Origin: Armatimonadota bacterium
Lineage (GTDB): Bacteria; Armatimonadota; Armatimonadia; Armatimonadales; Armatimonadaceae
NCBI GenBank assembly: GCA_043754515.1
Contig: JAYUUO010000160.1
Coordinates: 1-36,102, forward strand
DNA length: 36,102 nucleotides
Direction: 5' to 3'
A program made the position numbers and the translations under genes. Of this stretch, positions 6,678 to 16,041 are shown piece after piece; position 1 is the stretch's first letter; every line of letters begins with the position of its first letter. The notes beneath the pieces were generated by a model. The model did no database searches, was not told where the DNA came from, and worked only from the letters and a program-made list of their open reading frames with translations.

Positions 6678-7422
6678 GGGTTTGTAGCAGGCGTTGTCAG
6701 GTGGACACGCAGATCGGTGCCCTTCTTGTCGCCGCACTCCTGTACCGAACGACGGTGAATACGAGATCCTTCACCGAGGCGGTTTTGGGCACCCGAAACA
6801 CGATCACGAACGGGATGGCGGACCCGGGCAGCGCGTGCTTGCCGTAAGGCGCGCCCTCATCGGCGGCGACATCGTAGAAGGCGGGCTGATACGACCCCTC
6901 GTTCGTGTCCGTAAGCGTCGTGTTCTCGCCGTACTCGCGGGAACTGAACGCGTACTCCTCCTTTTCCTTCGTCCCGTTCTTCAGGCGGCAGGTAACCAGC
7001 ACCAACTTCTCGTCGCCCTCCGCATTCGCCACGGTTTCTGTCATAAATCGGTTCGTGTACAGGAAGTTATACGTGGCAGCTTCCTTAACGCTCTGAACCT
7101 GGAAGCGGTACCGGCCGGTAAATATCTCCTCGCCGATAGCACCCACCGATTTCGCGGCCAACTGGTTCGCGCCGCCCACCGGGGCGAGCGTGATCCGACT
7201 ACCGGTTGTGGTGACGCTCATCCCCAGTGCCCTGGCGACATCCTTCACGGGCACATACACCGTGCCGTTAATACTGGTGCTGCTGGTAGAAATGGGCGTC
7301 CCTCCGGATATTATCAGCGTAACGGGGGTGCGGGCGGCGGCGGCACCGACCAAGAGGGAGACGAGCGACGCGGCGACCAGCACGCCGGGCGGTAGTAGTA
7401 GTCGAAGATGGGATTGGTTCAT
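6674..7422 (-). CDS. Secreted paralog of 5928-6677, with a 1-nt frameshift near 6741 altering its last ~20 residues
   Basis: Strong SD (GAAAGGAA) and VYVPVKDVARALG. The shifted frame gives ECGDKKGTDLRVHL..., matching the paralog end ERGMKKGTDVRVNL, and stops in an ATGA overlap with the next gene. Confidence 0.7.
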
Positions 7423-7550
7423 AGTATTCCTTTCAAATGTGAACTATGGGTCCGAGCCCGTGTCTGGCTGCGAACGGTTGCGCAGAGACTTGCGCCCGCC
7501 TGTTTCTAGAGGATACTGCTCCGCGCGACGCCTGACCTGTTAGTGTGGAT

Positions 7551-8903
7551 TTATTCACCGAGTGCCGCCCGCACAGCGCCCGCCACCGCGTCTACTACGC
7601 TATTCACGGTGTCCGCGTCGGGACCTTCCGCCATCACTCGGATGCGCCGCTCCGTCCCCGACGGCCGCACGTTCAGCCGACCGGCACCCGCGAGCCGCGC
7701 CTCGCCGTCCTCAATAGCTGCCTGTATCGCCGGAATCGTCGCCCAACCCTCTTTCGTTCGGACTGGCACGCTAACCAGTTTTTGCGGGTACTCGGTCATG
7801 TCACCCACCCAATCTGACAAGGCGCGCCCCGTCTCCACGCAAGCCGCGAGCACCTGCAAGGCGGATAACATGCCGTCCCCGGTCGGCGACAGGCGCGGGA
7901 GCAGGAAATGTCCCGACTTCTCGCCGCCTAAAATCGCGCCTTCGCGCTCCATGGCTTCGGCGACATAGCGGTCGCCGACGGGCGCGGCGACAAAGCGCAC
8001 GCCGCGCTCGCGCAACGCGACGCCCAGGCCCATGTTGCTCATGATCGTGCCGACCACCACGTCGCCCGCCAGCTCGCCGCGCCCGTGCAAAAAGGTGCCG
8101 AGAAGGTGGAGCACGCGGTCGCCGTCGAAAACGCGCCCCGCGCCGTCCGACAGGATCACCCGGTCGGCGTCGCCGTCGAACGCCAAGCCCGCGTCCGCGC
8201 CCGACTCTTTCACGCGTGCGAGCATCGCGGCCGGGTGGAGCGAGCCGCAATCGTCATTGATGTTCACCCCGTCTGGCTCGCACGACAGCGTCTCCACCGT
8301 AGCGCCCAGCCCGCCGAACACCTGCGCCGCGAGGAACGACGCCGCGCCGTTCGCGCCGTCAATCACCAGTCTCAAGCCGTCCAGCCGCGCCGGGCACGAC
8401 TCCCGCAAATGCCGGACGTATTCGGCGACCGGCTCGGCGGTGCGCGTCACGGAGCCAACCGCCGCGCCGGTCGGTCGCGCCCACGATTCCCAGGCCGGTA
8501 GGCCCGCCTCGATACGCGCCTCGGTCTCGTCGGCAAGTTTCCTGCCGTCGGAGCCGAAGAACTTAATCCCGTTATCCGCCATCGGGTTGTGCGATGCCGA
8601 GATGACCACGCCCGCCGCCGCGCCGCGCTCGCGGGTGAGGTACGCGACGCCGGGAGTCGGTAGCACTCCCACGCACAGCACGTCTACCCCTTGCGAGCAG
8701 ATCCCCGCGACCAGTGCCGCTTCGAGCAGGTCGCCCGAGCGGCGCGGGTCGCGCCCGACCACGATCTCATTACTGCCGGGTTTGTTCTCGCGAAGCACGT
8801 GCGCGGACGCCGCGCCGATCGCCATCACGAGTGTCGGTGATAGCTCGCTGTTCGCCACGCCGCGCACGCCGTCGGTGCCAAAATAATGTCTCTCGGTTGC
8901 CAT
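7551..8903 (-). CDS. glmM: Phosphoglucosamine mutase
   Basis: YFGTDGVRG, ISASHNP, FDGDADR, GGEKSGH and VRPSGTE motifs. Start at ATG 8903. Confidence 0.96.
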   Translation of the reverse strand: MATERHYFGTDGVRGVANSELSPTLVMAIGAASAHVLRENKPGSNEIVVGRDPRRSGDLLEAALVAGICSQGVDVLCVGVLPTPGVAYLTRERGAAAGVVISASHNPMADNGIKFFGSDGRKLADETEARIEAGLPAWESWARPTGAAVGSVTRTAEPVAEYVRHLRESCPARLDGLRLVIDGANGAASFLAAQVFGGLGATVETLSCEPDGVNINDDCGSLHPAAMLARVKESGADAGLAFDGDADRVILSDGAGRVFDGDRVLHLLGTFLHGRGELAGDVVVGTIMSNMGLGVALRERGVRFVAAPVGDRYVAEAMEREGAILGGEKSGHFLLPRLSPTGDGMLSALQVLAACVETGRALSDWVGDMTEYPQKLVSVPVRTKEGWATIPAIQAAIEDGEARLAGAGRLNVRPSGTERRIRVMAEGPDADTVNSVVDAVAGAVRAALGE

Positions 8904-9119
8904 ACGCCGGTAGGATTCGCCGCGAGGGGGGCGGGTTCCTGCGTCCGTCGTGCCCCTACCGAAACGGTTTACCGCCCGCCCCCCACGAGCCGGGGGGGGG
9001 GCGCTACAAACCACATACGCCCGCTCCCCGGCGAATATGCGCACACCGTGGAAGCAGTGTAGGGCGATCGCATCATAGACCGATCGCTCGACTAGCAATC
9101 GCCCTGGGAAGCAGTATGG

Positions 9120-9147
9120 GGAACCCATCCCGCCCTCCGACTGTATT
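9120..9147 (+). promoter_or_regulatory. Putative ECF-sigma promoter of msrA
   Basis: GGAACC-N16-TGTATT, just upstream of the SD AGAAGGAG. Confidence 0.4.
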
Positions 9148-9168
9148 ATTAGAAGGAGATATTGACCG

Positions 9169-9645
9169 ATGAGTACCGAAACCGCTATGTTCGGCGCGGG
9201 TTGTTTTTGGGGCGTGGAGATCACGTTCCGCGATGTGCCGGGCGTTCAGGACGCCCTGGTCGGCTACAGCGGGGGGCACACAGTAAACCCCACTTACCAC
9301 GACATTTGCACCGACACGACCGGGCACGCCGAAGTCGTGCAGGTGACATTCGACCCGGCGAAGGTGTCATACGACACACTACTGGAAGTGTTCTTCGACA
9401 ACCACAACCCGACCACGCTCAACTACCAGGGACCCGATCACGGCTCGCAATATCGCTCCGCTATCTTCACCTACAGCCCCGAGCAGGAAGCGGCGGCAAA
9501 GGCGATGATCGAGAAGTTGACCGCCGAGAAGAAGTTCAAGCGGGCCATTGTAACGCAGGTCGAACCCGCGAAGCCGTTCTACAAGGCAGAGGAGTACCAC
9601 CAGCGGTACCTGGAGAAGCGCGGCCTGGCCAATTGCCACGTATAA
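9169..9645 (+). CDS. msrA: Peptide-methionine (S)-S-oxide reductase
   Basis: GAGCFWGVE, GHAEVV, QYRSAIF and AEEYHQRY motifs. Confidence 0.97.
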   Translation: MSTETAMFGAGCFWGVEITFRDVPGVQDALVGYSGGHTVNPTYHDICTDTTGHAEVVQVTFDPAKVSYDTLLEVFFDNHNPTTLNYQGPDHGSQYRSAIFTYSPEQEAAAKAMIEKLTAEKKFKRAIVTQVEPAKPFYKAEEYHQRYLEKRGLANCHV

Positions 9646-9656
9646 ATCGGTCGTGG

Positions 9657-9680
9657 GGGGCGGGCTTGACTGCCCGCCCC
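9657..9680 (+). terminator. GC-rich hairpin after msrA (no U-tract)
   Basis: GGGGCGGGC-TTGACT-GCCCGCCCC. Confidence 0.45.
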
Positions 9681-10080
9681 GGTCTGAGTCCGGCGTCCAC
9701 TGGTCATTCCGCGTTATCAGAGAAGCCTCCACGGATACGACCGTGCATCGGGCTTTGAGAAGCTAAAGCGCACCCGCTCTGGCTGAGGTGGGCGGCGTTA
9801 CCCGTGTCGTCTGGGATGAGAGTACACCGGTTTGGCGTTGTGGCACCGGGGGCATGAACCATTCCATGGGGTACGGATAGGTCCTACCCGTGGCGTGTCG
9901 GTACCGGTTGAGAAACCCGTCGGGCAGCGCGTACAACGCTCACCTCTCACGGGATGCCGCCTCCTCGACCGCTCGCAGTGCCACCCGCGCGGCCCCGTAT
10001 ACCGTGGGGCTACCAAGTGACACCAGTTGTTTTTGTTCGCGCTTTCTGAGACCATTATATTCAGAAGGCGACTTCCACAG

Positions 10081-10484
10081 TCACTTACCGTTGTCATAGT
10101 TGATGGTCCGCAGCAGGCCCTTCTTTCGCGCGAGAAAAACGATGCAATTCTCGCCTACGCGGTACCAGACGTTCGGGCACGCCGCGCCATCGTTGAAATA
10201 CAGGGTCGAGCCGCGCCCCGTAGAACCCTTCAACTACCTCGACGGTGGCGACGCAGTATATATCCTGGGCGCGTACCGAGAACTCACCCGAGTCCTTTCC
10301 ACGAAGTGGGTTGCGGCGCGTCGCGAGCACCCGAACCCGCACGATCACGTCCGATTGCGCGGTTATCTCGACATCCGACAGCGCGAGATAGTCGGCGAAT
10401 GCGGGCGCGGCGAAGCCAATCAGTAGGAGAAGAATAGCAAGTGCAGTGAAGAATAGTAAGTGCAGTAACGGCGGATAGTTTCAT
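10081..10484 (-). pseudogene. Small secreted protein disrupted by a 19-bp tandem duplication and a second frameshift
   Basis: Removing one repeat copy gives MKLSAVTALAILLLLIGFAAPAFA-DYLALSDVEITAQSDVIVRVRV... After a second shift near 10210 it reads TLYFNDGAACPNVWYRVGENCIVFLARKKGLLRTINYDNGK*. Confidence 0.7.
10429..10466. repeat. 19-bp tandem duplication (one mismatch)
   Basis: GAAGAATAGCAAGTGCAGT / GAAGAATAGTAAGTGCAGT. Confidence 0.95.
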
Positions 10485-10592
10485 GGGCGACTCCGGGCGT
10501 TCAGACACTCGTATCGCGCTGGTGCTTCATTTTGTGGGCAGGGGCCTCGCGCGGGTTTCGCCGCGCCTGGGAAGTTGTCGCCTGGTCGGCCC

Positions 10593-10669
10593 CGGGACCT
10601 CACCGCCATCTATCACAAGTGCCCTCCGACACGGAGAGGGCACTTGTGGTAGATCGCGGTGAGGTCCCG
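10593..10669. repeat. Long near-perfect palindrome (~34-bp stem), terminator- or REP-like
   Basis: CGGGACCTCACCGCCATCTATCACAAGTGCCCTC ... GAGGGCACTTGTGGTAGATCGCGGTGAGGTCCCG, 8 nt after the metalloprotease stop. Confidence 0.85.
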
Positions 10670-10677
10670 CATTCCCG

Positions 10678-13600
10678 CTAAGGCCGCGCTCCCCCCACGC
10701 CATCCGGGACCGTCACATTATCCATGTTGACGTTCTCCGTCTCCGTGCCGTCCGTCTTATGCCCGCCGAGCAACAGCGAGAGCAGCCCCCCGAGCGACGG
10801 CGCGTTGTTCGACTGGCCGAGCGTGATCCGCGCGTCCAGGGCGCGGTTGATCTTGTCCAGCGAATCGGCGTAGTGCGCCTTCGTGTACACGTCCAGCGTC
10901 GGCACCGATTTTGCCGTGACTAGTTTCGCCTTCATGCCGCGTAGTTCGCCCCACGCCAGCATCTGCGCGTCGGCGTTCACCCCGCCCTTGAGCGCGACGT
11001 CCACCATGCGGTCCACGTACGCGCGTTGCAGATTGCGACGGAGCGGACCGACGTTCTTTTTCGCTGGGATCTCCGCCCAGACGTTGCTCCCCACCGTCTC
11101 GAACAGATACGGGAGCGTCACCGGCTGTCCTGCCCCGCCCGCCTTGTACTCATTGTTTGCGATGCGCGAGAGCATCGTCGCCGAAAACAGGCGCGACAGG
11201 GCGGAACGTTGGATGCCTGACAAGCGGTCCAGCATCGGTGCCTCGTCCGCGCCGAACCCAGTCGGGTCGGAGGCGAGTTTGCCGAAATAGCGGCTTGGCA
11301 CCGGCAACGCGTCGGGCGCGAACACATAGGTCACTAAAATGCTCAGTGCCTGCCGCTGCGTGTCCGCCGAAACGGGGGCGAGCGCGGGCCGCTCGCCGAC
11401 GTCACCCCGGTGGGTGCGCGACAGATTCTGCCCGCCGATAAATCGGGTCGCGTATCCCGCCCCCCGCGCGTACAAGCCGAGGAGCGTGTTGAAGTCCTGC
11501 GTAAACTCCCAGTACGACTCGCCGTTCTTCGGCTCGCGCTTGTCGAGCGTCGTCAGCAACTTGCGCGACAACGCCATCGCCGCTTTCTGGTACGTCAGGT
11601 TGTCCTTCGCCATGTCGAAACGCGCCGCGTCCGGGTCGAAGCTATCAGCCACTTCGTCGGACAGGTACGCGTGTCCGGGTATCCCCGACTGCTTCGCGAT
11701 CTGGGCGAGCGCGAACTTCTCGTCATCTGGTGATTTCGCCGAAGGTACCGACGAGTAGCCGTACAGAATCGCCCAACGGTCGTACGTGCCGATATTGGTC
11801 GAATAGAACGTCGCGCCCTTCTTATCTAAAGCGGCGATGTTGAACGCGTTGTAATCCATCAGAGACGCGCCGATACCGTTCTGCTCGGTGAGTTCCTTGT
11901 TCCCGAGTTGCGCCAGCGTGTACTCCTTCGAGGCGACGAAGTTGTGACGCAGCCCGAGGATGTGCCCGAACTCGTGCCCGACCACCTCCACGATGAACTG
12001 ATCCGTGTACTTCTTCAGGTCCGTCGGCGAGATGGCACCCGTGCTCGAAAGAGCGGACAAAGCCTGGTAGCCGAAGAACGCCTGCGTCCGCGCCTCACGG
12101 GCGAGCGAGCAGTAGCGTGGGTCGGCGGTTTTGTTACCGGTCATGCCCGCGAACGCCGGGAGGGCGGACTCGGCGTCCGGGCTGGCGGCGCGGGCGATCT
12201 TCTGCCGGAGCCGCTCCTCTTCCTGCGGGATGCCCGCGCCGTACGCGAACGCCTGCGCCGGGTCTACCTCTTTCTGATGCTCGACCTTGGTGAAGCGGAT
12301 GATGCCTGCGTCCACCGTGATTGAGGCGTTCAGGATCTGGCCTGTGATGGGGTTGACGCGGAACAGTGCCACCGCGTAGGCGTTATCAGGCGAGTGGACA
12401 TAGCGCACGCAGTTGTAGCGCATATCCGCCGTATCGGAAGGCGTGTTTTGGTCTTTCGGGTCCACGTTGTCCGGCATCTGCTTGACCACGATCGCGTCCT
12501 TGATGCCGCCCTTCTCGAAAGCGGCGTTCCAGATTAGGAACGCTTTCGCGAACGATGGGCGATACTCCTTCGGGATAGCGTTGTCTAGCCAGAACGTGAT
12601 CGGCTTCACCGGCTCGGAGAGCGCGGCGGATGGGTCCTTCTTGCGCAGGTTCCAGCGCAGGATGTAGCGCGTGATCGCGTCCCGTTTGCTGTCGTCGTCG
12701 AACGACTGGAAGCCGGTCTCGAAGAAGCCGACCCGGTCATCAGCGAGGCGCGGCATGTAATCCGTGCTCGCGGGCAGCACCGACAGGTTGTAGATCACGG
12801 TCAGCGGCGCGGAGCGTGCGTCCGCCAGTGCCGCCGAGGAAGGGCGACCACCGCGCATGAAGTGGTACTGCGTGGTGACGACCAGGTTCTCGGGGAAGTT
12901 CTTCACTTCCTTGATAAAGGTCTTGTCCCGGTCCATGCCGAACCCGCCCCCGCCGCCCATCGCGGCGAACGGGTTGCCGCCGCCGGAGAACGCCGCCGAA
13001 ACCTGCGCGAGATCGCCCCGGAACAGGTCGGAGACGTCAATCAGCACCGACTTGCGTTCCGCCTGCTTCGCCTCGATCTTGAAGGCTTGCAGGTAGCCGT
13101 CCGCGAACGACCGGCGCACCGAGCGTGCGATCTCAGGGCTCATGGCGCGGTACGAGAAGTTCGGGATGGTGAAGAAGATGCGGTCGTCTATCTTCTCTAG
13201 CTTAAAAACGATGTCGTTGATCGGGTCGCCCGCGACGATCTGTTCGGCGGTGCCGGTCGAGGCGGTCGCCTGCAACATCATCAGCCGGCCGAGTTGCGCT
13301 TCCGGCAGTTCAGCGTAGATCTTATCGGAACCGGCCTCTTTCTTGCGGAACAGGGTGACGACACCGGGTATCTTCGTGAATTCCTTCACCACCTCGTCAA
13401 TCGTCTTGTCCTTCTTGGTATCTCCCGGCTTGCTGGCTTCGATGGGACTCATGTCGCCCGGCTTCGGCGGTGCGGCGAGGTCGCCCTTCTTGCCGTCGGC
13501 TCCTGATGCCAGCATCTTCGGGGCCTCGGTCAGCGGCTTGGGCGTCTGCCCCGCCGCATATGGCCCGCCGTCAACGCGCTCGTCGTGGAAAGTCCCGATC

Positions 13601-14463
13601 GCCCGCGTGCCGGCGGGACCGACGGGAACCGGCACCCCGACCGCCTCGAAGTCATCTTTAATGGGGTCGCCGGTCGCCACGTCAACGTACACCGTGCCCC
13701 GCGCCTTGATCGCGTCCGCGCCGGATTCCGCGTAGGAGACCATTATCTTCGCGGTTTTCGTGCCGCCCACAGTCTCGAAACCCGCCAGTTCGTAGTCGGC
13801 GTGCGCATCCCGCGTGCCTAATACCTTGCCCCCCTTGTACTCGTGTGACCATCTGTCACCGACGCTTACGGTGTTCACGGGGAATACTACCGTCGTCGCC
13901 GCTTGCAGTCGCACTTCGGAGTGATCGTCGGTATGCTCATCGTCCTTGTCCTCACCTGTCTTCTTCGGCGGGGTGTAGGCGACGATTTCGCCGTTCGACG
14001 ACAGCGTTATGGAGGAGGTATCGTCTTCGGGTGGCTTGGACGGTGCCTTCTGGCCGTTGACCGAAAACTCCTCGGACTCGGTTCTGTCTTCCAGGGTGAC
14101 CGCGCCGCCGGGTGCCACTTTCACGAACGACGCCTTGCTCGTGCCCTTGTACTCAATGATGACGGACTGGCCGGATGCTTCCGCCTTCAGGGTGGCGGTC
14201 CCCGCCATCTTCTTCACCTGACCCACCTGGGCGCGGTAGGCCAGGTAGAACTTTTCGGCGGTGGAAGCCTTATCGGGAGCAGAAGCCTTGTCGGGAGCGG
14301 GCTTGTCGGCGGCGAACGCGGCGCGGGGCGACTGCGACGCGACCGAGCCGACGCCGAGCATGAGCGTCAGCACGGCGGAGGAGACGCGGAGCGCGGCGGG
14401 CGCGCGGCGGGCACGGGACACGGACAGGGACTTCGCCTTATCCGGGAAAATGGTACTGGTCAA
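10678..14463 (-). CDS. Large secreted zinc metalloprotease (EcxA-like Met-zincin; DUF5117/DUF4953-type) with an extra N-terminal domain
   Basis: HEFGHILGLRH zinc motif, SLMDY Met-turn, PRLADDRVGFF and LSEPVKPITFW. Start taken at TTG 14463 with AGGAG upstream, followed by a signal peptide. Confidence 0.88.
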   Translation of the reverse strand: MTSTIFPDKAKSLSVSRARRAPAALRVSSAVLTLMLGVGSVASQSPRAAFAADKPAPDKASAPDKASTAEKFYLAYRAQVGQVKKMAGTATLKAEASGQSVIIEYKGTSKASFVKVAPGGAVTLEDRTESEEFSVNGQKAPSKPPEDDTSSITLSSNGEIVAYTPPKKTGEDKDDEHTDDHSEVRLQAATTVVFPVNTVSVGDRWSHEYKGGKVLGTRDAHADYELAGFETVGGTKTAKIMVSYAESGADAIKARGTVYVDVATGDPIKDDFEAVGVPVPVGPAGTRAIGTFHDERVDGGPYAAGQTPKPLTEAPKMLASGADGKKGDLAAPPKPGDMSPIEASKPGDTKKDKTIDEVVKEFTKIPGVVTLFRKKEAGSDKIYAELPEAQLGRLMMLQATASTGTAEQIVAGDPINDIVFKLEKIDDRIFFTIPNFSYRAMSPEIARSVRRSFADGYLQAFKIEAKQAERKSVLIDVSDLFRGDLAQVSAAFSGGGNPFAAMGGGGGFGMDRDKTFIKEVKNFPENLVVTTQYHFMRGGRPSSAALADARSAPLTVIYNLSVLPASTDYMPRLADDRVGFFETGFQSFDDDSKRDAITRYILRWNLRKKDPSAALSEPVKPITFWLDNAIPKEYRPSFAKAFLIWNAAFEKGGIKDAIVVKQMPDNVDPKDQNTPSDTADMRYNCVRYVHSPDNAYAVALFRVNPITGQILNASITVDAGIIRFTKVEHQKEVDPAQAFAYGAGIPQEEERLRQKIARAASPDAESALPAFAGMTGNKTADPRYCSLAREARTQAFFGYQALSALSSTGAISPTDLKKYTDQFIVEVVGHEFGHILGLRHNFVASKEYTLAQLGNKELTEQNGIGASLMDYNAFNIAALDKKGATFYSTNIGTYDRWAILYGYSSVPSAKSPDDEKFALAQIAKQSGIPGHAYLSDEVADSFDPDAARFDMAKDNLTYQKAAMALSRKLLTTLDKREPKNGESYWEFTQDFNTLLGLYARGAGYATRFIGGQNLSRTHRGDVGERPALAPVSADTQRQALSILVTYVFAPDALPVPSRYFGKLASDPTGFGADEAPMLDRLSGIQRSALSRLFSATMLSRIANNEYKAGGAGQPVTLPYLFETVGSNVWAEIPAKKNVGPLRRNLQRAYVDRMVDVALKGGVNADAQMLAWGELRGMKAKLVTAKSVPTLDVYTKAHYADSLDKINRALDARITLGQSNNAPSLGGLLSLLLGGHKTDGTETENVNMDNVTVPDGVGGARP

Positions 14464-14874
14464 CGGGAATGCACTCCTAACCGGGATTATTGGGCACCAA
14501 AGAACGGGGCGCGGCGTAGCGCGTTTCGCGCGAAGGGCGGCGGTGAGGCCGTACGGCGGCGCGGTAATGAACATCGGCGGCGGCAAGTGTCGCCGCAACT
14601 TACTACCATGATACGCGCGGCGCGGGCGATTGGTTGCGGTTCGCGCGGAACTTTTTTCGCGGCGCGGATCCCGCCGCCGCTTCGCCCCCCGCGACACAAT
14701 GCCGCTGGGGCGAAACGCGGGTAAGGGGCTCGCTTCAGTTTTTATTACGGGGAAGCGAGACCTATTTCAAATCAACCGCTTAGACAGGTATAAACGCGGC
14801 TAAGTTGCCGCGTGACTAGCCGGGGCCATGTCGCGATACAGGATTCCTCCCCTCCAACGCCGAATCTACCCCCG

Positions 14875-15915
14875 ATGAACTTCCCCGACTTCGTAGCCGC
14901 TTTCTTCGCCCTGTTCGCCGGTTCCGCGTTCAACGGGCGTACCTACCTTGATTACCTCACCTCGCCGTAACCGGGAGACGAAGTCGCCGTCGTGGACGCC
15001 GCTATTACCGCCCCGATCCTTTCCCTGCTCGGATTCGCCCCCGCCGAACAGGTCTACAACTTAGCCAAGAACGGCGACCGGCCCGACTTCGCCCCGAACC
15101 CGCCCGGCTCCGGGACCTGCTTCCTCGTGGAGGATAAGAACACCTCGCTCTAACTTGACCTCGCTCTAGGCGACCCCAAAAGCCACCTGTCGCAGTTGCG
15201 TCGCTACGCCGCCGCGAACGGCGTTTCGCTCGGCTGGCTCACCAACGGCAGACGCTTGCAGGTGTACCGCTTTGCCGATTCGCGCGACGCCGCCCCGCTC
15301 CTGCTCGCCGAACTCAACGCCCTGCGCGACCTCGGCTATACGATCAAGCAGACCCGGAAAGGCGAGCCGAATATCGCCATCCCGTACGATCACCTGATAG
15401 CGGAGTTGCAACGCGCCGACCCGTCATACCCCGTTTTGACTCTGTTCAACGCCCGGTTCGCGGGCGTCTGGTCGCTCCCCGACGCTTGCGTCGCCCGCCG
15501 AACCGATACTGCCATTGCCGAAAACGTGTTCAGCCCGACACGGTTTCCCGACACGCTAGTGCTCAAACACAAACTACTCTGGCTCGAAGTCCCCGACGAC
15601 GGATACCGCCGCTACCTCGAGCGACTGCTCCGTCTGCCGCGCTACACGGGGCGCACGCTCGCCGCGCTCGAACCCGACGCGCTGGTGCCGTCCGACCCGA
15701 CCGCCCTGCAATCGTTGTTCGACGCCGAAGCCCGCGAGATAGCCCGCGTCCAGGCGTTGCAAGCCGAAGTCGCCGCGATTGACAGCGAGATTGATAACCG
15801 CGTCCTTGATCTGTACGGCGTTACCGACCCGGCTGACCGCCTTCGCGTGCTCGGCGCGGCTCCCGCCACGGAGGATGAGGTCGTGGGGGAGTCGGAGGTT
15901 TCGCCCCCCGTGTAG
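14875..15915 (+). pseudogene. Remnant of a restriction-modification enzyme (HsdR_N / type IIG-like nuclease domain joined to a C-terminal segment)
   Basis: RPDF...LVEDK...QLRRY...GWLTNGR, a PD-(D/E)xK nuclease pattern. In-frame TAA at 14968 and 15151. No methyltransferase motifs. Ends ...IDSEIDNRVLDLYG, typical of type IIG C-termini. Confidence 0.7.
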
Positions 15916-16041
15916 CCTCCAGGTTAGAGTGATTGCTTCGTCGCCTGGTTCCTAATGTGATACGTCGGTGGCGTGCCGGGTTAGGCGTGCCGTCGGCTTC
16001 CCGCGCGACCCCATTGTGCCCCCAACGCCACCTCTCCTACT

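Noticed and set aside
7455..7525. c-di-GMP-I riboswitch-like words on the minus strand (GAAA, GGGCGCAAG, CAGCCAG)
   Set aside because: The GGCAAA element and tetraloop receptor are missing and P1/P2 pairing is poor; an Rfam scan would be needed to settle it.
8904..9224. Long N-terminal extension of glmM, including a G-run near 8992-9001
   Set aside because: It is the divergent glmM/msrA intergenic region read through by chance; the G-run pairs with a nearby C-run and is not within coding sequence.
9690..10080. Short ORFs and an AGAAGCCTCC motif reminiscent of IS200/IS605 ends
   Set aside because: No tnpA/tnpB remnant or recognisable protein motif, so no call can be supported.
14968..15153. 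Stop-codon readthrough or an alternative genetic code for the two in-frame TAA codons
   Set aside because: TAA terminates normal genes here (coaX, msrA), no suppressor tRNA is present, and the gene is also internally deleted.
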